Below, one piece after another: positions 36,464-42,136 of a stretch of 42,136 nt of DNA (the stretch's first letter is position 1; every line of letters begins with the position of its first letter). A model generated the notes under the pieces. It was given only the letters and a program-made list of their open reading frames with translations, did no database searches and had not been told where the DNA came from. Origin of the DNA: a virus (lineage: Duplodnaviria > Caudoviricetes); the IMG/VR virus record IMGVR_UViG_3300017785_004829, positions 1 through 42,136 of that record; one strand, written 5' to 3'. A program made the position numbers and the translations under genes.

Positions 36464-38096
36464 TTAGTATACGCCAGGCAGTGCCATCTCTCATTTCAAG
36501 CTCACTGAATTGACAGTAGGCAAGATTTGCTGCCCACTCTTCAACTTCGTCAAGTGTGGGAATATAAGGTTTTTCAACGTCATTTATTGTGGTACTACAC
36601 ACTGGTGCAGCAGCACTGGGCCCTAGTACAATTGCTGGCTTACCGTGTAAGATTGCCTCAACTGCTGCGATGCTGGAAAAAGTCACCAAGCAATGTACAT
36701 CTCGCTCCAGGGCCATTTCCATGGTGTCAGTGCTTTGTCGCACACTGCGACTCTGCTTGTCGCGTACAATAATTTCACGGTCGGTGAACAATCGTAGATT
36801 GGTCATGGTTTCTTCTAACCACTGTTCAAGATCTATATTATAACACATCAAGAGTTTTTGACTTGGTGGAGCCAAAAGAATATTGCGCCCAGGCCTAATT
36901 TTTCTAGCAGTCCAGCCCGTGGCAGCAAGACGATCTCTTGGCCTGTGCTTGACTTCGCCAAAGTATTGCATGTTGTTTTTTGTGATACGATGATAGACTT
37001 TTTTACGACCGTTGCCAAAATATCCAGTGTCAATGTAGTAGAAATCTCTTCCTGCTGCCTGACACGCCACCATGTGTTTACGTTTGGTTACTCCACGTAG
37101 CACCACTGCTGATTTATCTTTACTGACTTTGTCCCAGACAGATATTTGCCCGCCTGATCCCATGATAAAACTTTTCAAAAAAGGATCGTAATTTTGACCC
37201 TTGGATTCAAGTTTGCTGCTGCCTTCATCAACAGTATCTGCTTCGACTGCAACTAGTACATTGTTAGTCAAGCTCTCAACTCCCTGGTTAATTTTTTCTG
37301 CTGTTACTGAATGATATTCGCGGCCAGGATCAACTCTGTAAGTTAAAATATCATTGAACACAGATTTCACAGCTGGCGGTACATTGTCATATAGTCCTGG
37401 TTGTGGTATTGGTTGTATGCTGCGTTGCCAGCTGTGATAATATTCGTTCCAATACCAGCCATATTCACAGTGACGATAATTTTCAAACCAAGGACCACCT
37501 TCGGTGTAATGTATGGCTTTGGGTTTGCCATCATCGGGTTCGTGATACCAGTTTACAAGCCAGTTCCATTCGGGTTCTAAATTTCCTGTTTCCTCATCAG
37601 ACAACCAACTGAATCTATGTAGGTAAGCTGGAGTTTGTTTGTTGACCATATCAGCAGTGAGTTTTTGATTTGACTCGTGGCCACAATTGTATAAAACCAA
37701 ACTACTCCAGTTTTTTCTTGGATACAGGTTTTGTTTCTTACCATCCATTTTGGTTTTTTTGGATGGTTTATACTTGTGTTGCACCACATGAACTGCTTTG
37801 GCGGGATCCATGTATTGAAATAACTCGCGTACATCACCTGTAAAAACAAAGTCACAGTCAACAAATACTGCATAGCCTTTGTAGTCACAGAGATGTGGCA
37901 CTAAGAATCTAGTCAAGCTAAATTCTGTGCTGGCCTGTGCATCTGGTTCTCGTGTGTATAATTTTTGATCTCTTAATTCTTGCTGTTTGAGAAAAATTAT
38001 TTCAACTGGTATAGTGGAATTCTTCAGTATGCTGTAACGGCATACTTCAGCGGCTTCAGGCTCACGACTATCCCAGCCAATAAAAATTTTGAACAT
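36453..38096 (-). CDS. Bifunctional glycosyltransferase: GT8-like GT-A domain plus KpsS-like GT-B domain (paralog D)
   Basis: N-half has IFIGWDSRE, STEFSLTRF, FVDCD, YPRKNWSS and HYTEGGPWF. C-half has YIDTGYF, LVTFSSIAAVEAILHG and LAYCQF. Confidence 0.8.
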   Translation of the reverse strand: MFKIFIGWDSREPEAAEVCRYSILKNSTIPVEIIFLKQQELRDQKLYTREPDAQASTEFSLTRFLVPHLCDYKGYAVFVDCDFVFTGDVRELFQYMDPAKAVHVVQHKYKPSKKTKMDGKKQNLYPRKNWSSLVLYNCGHESNQKLTADMVNKQTPAYLHRFSWLSDEETGNLEPEWNWLVNWYHEPDDGKPKAIHYTEGGPWFENYRHCEYGWYWNEYYHSWQRSIQPIPQPGLYDNVPPAVKSVFNDILTYRVDPGREYHSVTAEKINQGVESLTNNVLVAVEADTVDEGSSKLESKGQNYDPFLKSFIMGSGGQISVWDKVSKDKSAVVLRGVTKRKHMVACQAAGRDFYYIDTGYFGNGRKKVYHRITKNNMQYFGEVKHRPRDRLAATGWTARKIRPGRNILLAPPSQKLLMCYNIDLEQWLEETMTNLRLFTDREIIVRDKQSRSVRQSTDTMEMALERDVHCLVTFSSIAAVEAILHGKPAIVLGPSAAAPVCSTTINDVEKPYIPTLDEVEEWAANLAYCQFSELEMRDGTAWRILNDN

Positions 38097-38124
38097 TAAT
38101 GGGTGCTTTCGATGGTATAACTGC

Positions 38125-38140
38125 GCGGATATTTATCCGC
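38125..38140 (-). promoter_or_regulatory. Late promoter TAAATA embedded in an inverted repeat
   Basis: GCGGATA-TT-TATCCGC contains TAAATA on the minus strand (38130-38135), upstream of ATG 38096. Confidence 0.6.
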
Positions 38141-38147
38141 TGATTTT

Positions 38148-39164
38148 TCAGCTGTTAAGATAATCCAACCGTTGGCAAAAATTTAAAAAGTCAGCTGTGT
38201 TTTGCTGATCTAGTTTTTTGAGTACTGCTATGTTGTGATCAAATCTACTGGATAGTAGCTGTGATACCTGCTCAGGTCCGCCAAGAGATTTTATCCTTTC
38301 CACACATTGATTTAAGATTTCAAACACTCTCTGGAATCTTAATTCTTGTGATGGTATGCTGTCGTAGTCATGATTTTCTAACCAATCATCAAACAAGTCA
38401 AATCCTGCTGCTCTGACATGCTTGACCATGCCGGGCACAGCCAACCATAGCGGAATTTGTCTCCACCCAAAACTTTTAAAAGTTTTTTCAGTGACAAACA
38501 TTGACCCCCAACAATGGTCACCTACATCATCTTGGATACTGGTTTCTGCAATCAAGTTAACCACGCACTGCAGTATTCCACCTGTTGGGAATCCATCAAA
38601 CCCATGGAGTGTGGATATAGTATCCAATAACAAAGGTGCATCTCTTTGAATTACTGGATCATATTCAAATTTGTCTAGATATGATCTGTAACTTATTCGA
38701 TAGTCATCGGATGAGTAGTTGTCTAAGATTGTTTTTGCAATTTTTCTTCTACTGGGACTGTCTCTTCTTAACAGGCATACAAAGTAGCGATCTCGTTGAC
38801 ATGCTGCCCAATTGTACTCAGCGAGCACACTGGCAAAGTTTGCCATGTAGTAGGGAAGCATTGTTATATTGGAATGATCTACCTTGTTAAAAACAGTACC
38901 AATCCAAAAACATCTACGTTCGTCAAACCATGTTTGTGTTTTTAACGCTGCAACGGCCAGCAGATACTCTTGATAGTCTTGCCCTTCCATTAGACTTGAC
39001 AGTACTATATTTTTGGTTTCAAGATCTTCTTGGGTAATCATGCCAATCTTTAAACATGTATCTATATCCTGTATGATATTACCAGCACGTAGTTCTGCAG
39101 GACGATACATTTTAAAAGCTATCCACACATGATTGTTTTTGAGTGACGCTATAAATTTAAGCAT
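38148..39164 (-). CDS. Glycosyltransferase-like protein, (T/S)EK family, paralog 4
   Basis: FVCLLRR..SR, VNLIAET..FVTEKTFK..QIPLWL..GFDLFDD..HDYD. Confidence 0.65.
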   Translation of the reverse strand: MLKFIASLKNNHVWIAFKMYRPAELRAGNIIQDIDTCLKIGMITQEDLETKNIVLSSLMEGQDYQEYLLAVAALKTQTWFDERRCFWIGTVFNKVDHSNITMLPYYMANFASVLAEYNWAACQRDRYFVCLLRRDSPSRRKIAKTILDNYSSDDYRISYRSYLDKFEYDPVIQRDAPLLLDTISTLHGFDGFPTGGILQCVVNLIAETSIQDDVGDHCWGSMFVTEKTFKSFGWRQIPLWLAVPGMVKHVRAAGFDLFDDWLENHDYDSIPSQELRFQRVFEILNQCVERIKSLGGPEQVSQLLSSRFDHNIAVLKKLDQQNTADFLNFCQRLDYLNS

Positions 39165-39619
39165 TATCCAACCGTGACATCTTCCATTCCGGCAGTGCGT
39201 AATCTAACCACATGCCCGGCCATCCATTGTTTGGAATCAAGACCTTTCATGATACCCAACCACTTGTTGCGCAACAAAGCAACTTCATTGATGATGGTTT
39301 CAAAGTCAATGACTTCGTCCTCACCGTCAACGTATTTTTCAGCGTCTCTTGAAGTGAGAACTCGTGCATAGGCTTCAAGATACTTTTGAAAATGTCTACG
39401 TCTAATTTTGCGCAGTTGAATATTGAGATAGTTCAGTACCGCTTCAATCTCTTGAAGTTGATTAAAGCGATGTTCGGTAATACCCGGCAAGGCAGTGATA
39501 TTTTTTTCAACGATACCACTGAGCCGAACATCTGCTTTGGCGGCTACAAGATCTGATTCATAGTGAGCTATAAAGTCAGGTATTGCACCAAGATCGGAAA
39601 CTATGCGGCTATACCACAT
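39164..39619 (-). CDS. uvsY: Recombination mediator UvsY
   Basis: Helical 151-aa protein with RDAEKYVDGEDEV..MKGLDSKQW, located two genes downstream of uvsX. Confidence 0.8.
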   Translation of the reverse strand: MWYSRIVSDLGAIPDFIAHYESDLVAAKADVRLSGIVEKNITALPGITEHRFNQLQEIEAVLNYLNIQLRKIRRRHFQKYLEAYARVLTSRDAEKYVDGEDEVIDFETIINEVALLRNKWLGIMKGLDSKQWMAGHVVRLRTAGMEDVTVG

Positions 39620-39864
39620 CAGTGTTCTTCTTCATCCTCGTCTTCATAATATTCCTCGTCAGCATCTTCTTCATCTTCAAGATAACTGTTGAGGGCACGT
39701 TTTATGTCGCTGTCAGTTTTGAATGCTGATTTGATATCATCAGCACCTATGTCGTTGTCAATCAACACGCTGACCAATGTATCAGCGGCATCTTCGCGAT
39801 CTATTTCATTAATGTAGCGTTTGAGCTCTTGCCAAATTTCACGTGCTATGTCTGGGCCTTGCAT
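39619..39864 (-). CDS. Small highly acidic protein
   Basis: C-terminal EDEEDADEEYYEDEDEEEH. Start refined to ATG 39864, with GGAGG upstream. Confidence 0.75.
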   Translation of the reverse strand: MQGPDIAREIWQELKRYINEIDREDAADTLVSVLIDNDIGADDIKSAFKTDSDIKRALNSYLEDEEDADEEYYEDEDEEEH

Positions 39865-39865
39865 T

Positions 39866-40924
39866 TTATTCCTCCACGGTTGTGTCAATGATACTTAGTT
39901 CTTGTTTTTGATTTTTGAAGTCTTTCATGACTTGATCTAGACTACCGCCTTCGTTTGACTCCCATGCTTTGCGAAACTGTTTGATGATTTCACCATCAGT
40001 GGTAGTAAAGGCCAGTCTATTGCCATCCTTCTTCAGTATCCCTTTCTTTTCTGCCAAGTCCACAAGACCTGAATAGGGATTCATACCTGTTTCGTAAGGA
40101 ATCTTAACCTGCACACCTTCAAACGGTTTGGAATAACGTGTCTTCATTACTTTACATGCAGCACGAATGCCCATGACGTCAGAAATTTTGTTGCCATCTT
40201 CATCTTCTTTGAGCTTGAGCTTTTTCATGGCAATCACAATGCTTGATGCATATATGAAACCTTGTCCTCCAGAAATCTTGTCATCTGGATCAAACATGTC
40301 TTGCGATGCATAGGTGTGATTGGTACAAACTAACCCCACGTTGTAACTACCAAACATGTTGACACAGTTACGTACCAATGCAGTGAGTGCTTTGGGTTTG
40401 CGACCCAAGTCACCTTTCATTTCACCTGCATCAAATTGATTGACATCGGTTGGTGTAAGCAACATACCCAAGGAGTCAATTACAAACATTACCTTGGGAC
40501 GCTCGCCATCCGGCAGTGCTTTGTAATCACTCATGAATGTTGAAATAGTCTTGGCAACATCATCAATCATGGCCATTGACAATTTTAATAATTTTGCATC
40601 ACTGGTATCAACCCCCAGGGCATGTAACCATGCCTCGTCAAGCGCATTTTCACTGTCAATCAGCACAACAAATATACCTTGTTCCTGTGCGTTCTTGATG
40701 ATGTTGCCTGAACAAAAATAACTTTTGCCTGCGCCTGATTCACCAGCAAACACAGTGACTTTGCCCAGGGGAACACCACGGTGGAAATCTCCTGATATTA
40801 GATAGTTGAGCGCATAGTTGCCTGTGCTAATCCAATCAGTGGGATCATTGAATCCTATTGACAGGCCGTCAATGCTTTTGGTTATTTCCTTGCGGAACTT
40901 TGAAACGTCAAATGGTTTAGCCAT
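39866..40924 (-). CDS. uvsX: RecA-like recombinase UvsX
   Basis: ISTGNYALN..ISG, Walker A GESGAGKS, DSENA, VIDSLG, NHTY, SGG and KTRY motifs. Confidence 0.93.
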   Translation of the reverse strand: MAKPFDVSKFRKEITKSIDGLSIGFNDPTDWISTGNYALNYLISGDFHRGVPLGKVTVFAGESGAGKSYFCSGNIIKNAQEQGIFVVLIDSENALDEAWLHALGVDTSDAKLLKLSMAMIDDVAKTISTFMSDYKALPDGERPKVMFVIDSLGMLLTPTDVNQFDAGEMKGDLGRKPKALTALVRNCVNMFGSYNVGLVCTNHTYASQDMFDPDDKISGGQGFIYASSIVIAMKKLKLKEDEDGNKISDVMGIRAACKVMKTRYSKPFEGVQVKIPYETGMNPYSGLVDLAEKKGILKKDGNRLAFTTTDGEIIKQFRKAWESNEGGSLDQVMKDFKNQKQELSIIDTTVEE

Positions 40925-40948
40925 AGATATGTCCTTTGTATAAAAAAT

Positions 40949-40957
40949 ATAATAGCA
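40949..40957 (-). promoter_or_regulatory. Extended -10 promoter candidate for uvsX
   Basis: TGCTATTAT about 25 nt upstream of the ATG, followed by an AAGGA SD. Confidence 0.5.
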
Positions 40958-40962
40958 TGATT

Positions 40963-41952
40963 TTAGGGCAAAGTAAAGTAATCTTGATAAGAAATGTTTC
41001 TTAGTTGGTCCTGCGTGTGTATGTAGTCAAAAATTGCATTGGTGTTGTGATCGGCAACTGCAACGTAGCTCAAAAGTCTAACCAATCGTTGATCTAGTCC
41101 TCGTTCAAACATTTTTCTTGCGGCAGTGGTAAACAGATTGATATGTTTGATATCAAGTTCGCTGGGTGTGTGCAGTATGCCCCAGCTGTGATCTAGTTTA
41201 TTGGCAGCGACCCAAGAAAGAATATTTGGAAAGTCTCCAATGTTGAGTGCATTGAGCGTGGTCCATAGATTCAACTCAACTGGCATGGTTTGATATTCTT
41301 TTATGTTTTTTGTAAAGTCTTGCCAACGAATTGGCCAACGCACATAATCGTGTACGTGATCAGTGCCATCAAAACTCACAGTCACAGTTACCTGCACTCC
41401 ACGATCGACCAACGGAATCAACTCAGTCATGACCCTTGATCCATTGGTGTTCAATCTAACACTTTGAATGTTGTCTGGTAGGTTTGCCAACAGATGCCGA
41501 TAAGCAGGACTGTGACTGGGTTCTCCACCATTGATATCTAAATGCACAATTCTATCTACTGGTAACTTCCAAAAACTGTTGGCATTGTTGTATCGCACAT
41601 AGCCCCGACCATGCAAACTACCTATTTTTGTACTGAGGTCTGCATTGCAGAATTGACAGGCACTGTTGCAGACGTTGTCAAGAATACCGCCAACAATCAA
41701 GTAGTCTGGTTGAGTTTGTTTTTCATGGAACTTGATGGTGTTCATTCTAATACTGGTTCCGGAAATTTTTTCAGTCTCACGGCAGCGTTGACACTCCATG
41801 GGCCATTTTTGTGTTTTGATTTTTTTCAACCAAGCACTGGAATCCATGGCCTCCAGTGAGTCAAATTCAGGAGCACCAACCATGTGACCACAACGACTCA
41901 CCGAGCCAGTGGGATTGAAGCGTACAAAATGATTGAGTCTAGGGCAGTCCAC
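40963..41952 (-). CDS. Radical SAM protein with an N-terminal SPASM/twitch-like domain, paralog 2
   Basis: CNSACQFC, NGGEP, NTNG, SFDG and YVRWPIRW motifs, plus N-terminal CPRL..SRC..CQRC. Probable start is GTG 41952. Confidence 0.9.
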   Translation of the reverse strand: MDCPRLNHFVRFNPTGSVSRCGHMVGAPEFDSLEAMDSSAWLKKIKTQKWPMECQRCRETEKISGTSIRMNTIKFHEKQTQPDYLIVGGILDNVCNSACQFCNADLSTKIGSLHGRGYVRYNNANSFWKLPVDRIVHLDINGGEPSHSPAYRHLLANLPDNIQSVRLNTNGSRVMTELIPLVDRGVQVTVTVSFDGTDHVHDYVRWPIRWQDFTKNIKEYQTMPVELNLWTTLNALNIGDFPNILSWVAANKLDHSWGILHTPSELDIKHINLFTTAARKMFERGLDQRLVRLLSYVAVADHNTNAIFDYIHTQDQLRNISYQDYFTLP

Positions 41953-42136
41953 GTACCAGTTCCACAAGGTTCATGCTTTTGCCAAACACCATTTCAAACA
42001 GTGATGTATGTTGGTCTCTTACAATGGCCACTAGCTCAGGGTAGGTAACTGTCTGTCCCACAAGGTCAGTTAATATTTGATCAAGATAGTGATACAATCT
42101 CATATGGTTCCAGTCTAGCGATTCAAATTCACGTAT
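41939..42136 (-). CDS. 3' end of a hypothetical gene running off the window
   Basis: Open frame from the window edge (IREFESLDWNHMRLYHYLDQIL...VRGLP*) ends in TAG and overlaps the radical SAM start. Confidence 0.6.
   Translation of the reverse strand: MREFESLDWNHMRLYHYLDQILTDLVGQTVTYPELVAIVRDQHTSLFEMVFGKSMNLVELVRGLP

Noticed and set aside
24679-39164. Bacterial capsule/LPS locus misassembled into the contig
   Set aside because: No export or polymerase membrane genes are present, paralogs of the same families are interleaved with phage core genes, and phage-type late motifs head the operons.
587-41859. Many 60-140 aa ORFs antisense to or nested in the called genes (e.g. 1961-2320, 12301-12660, 13258-13650, 23332-23754, 34494-34862)
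   Set aside because: They lie wholly over well-supported genes, have no motifs or SDs, and look like shadow frames.
1-42136. Genome-wide stop-codon reassignment (TAG read as an amino acid)
   Set aside because: Long genes are intact under code 11, and TAG ends genes at natural boundaries (35561, 35569, 41939). Only one internal TAG was seen.
1-42136. tRNA, rRNA, CRISPR array, integrase or transposase
   Set aside because: Intergenic gaps are nearly all under 100 nt. I saw no cloverleaf, repeat-spacer periodicity or recombinase/transposase motifs by eye; a covariance search was not possible.

Overview
This window is a gene-dense fragment of a large lytic dsDNA tailed phage (T4-like or jumbo-type, probably from a freshwater or other environmental lineage). 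It has four parts. (1) 1-1.7 kb: an auxiliary metabolic pair, iscU and a full-length NAD-dependent formate dehydrogenase, behind a perfect sigma70 promoter. (2) 1.7-9.1 kb: a minus-strand block of late, probably virion genes preceded by TAAATA/TATAAATA late-promoter motifs. It includes a PolX-like nucleotidyltransferase fused to a KxDG ligase-like domain and a small gene with an in-frame TAG that the ORF track missed. (3) A T4-type replication/recombination set (gp41 helicase, gp61 primase, gp62-like clamp-loader subunit, UvsW, UvsY, UvsX) with a 192-aa DnaE-like polymerase core. Glycosyltransferase-like, radical-SAM and SGNH-like genes are interleaved with these. (4) 24.7-39.2 kb: about 16 glycan-biosynthesis genes (GT-A and GT-B transferases, four KpsS-like domains, four methyltransferases, and a kinase/nucleotidyltransferase/HAD module), apparently under late-promoter control. 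I saw no tRNA, rRNA, CRISPR array, integrase or transposase. All family assignments come from motif recognition by eye, not database searches, and several starts were refined relative to the ORF track.
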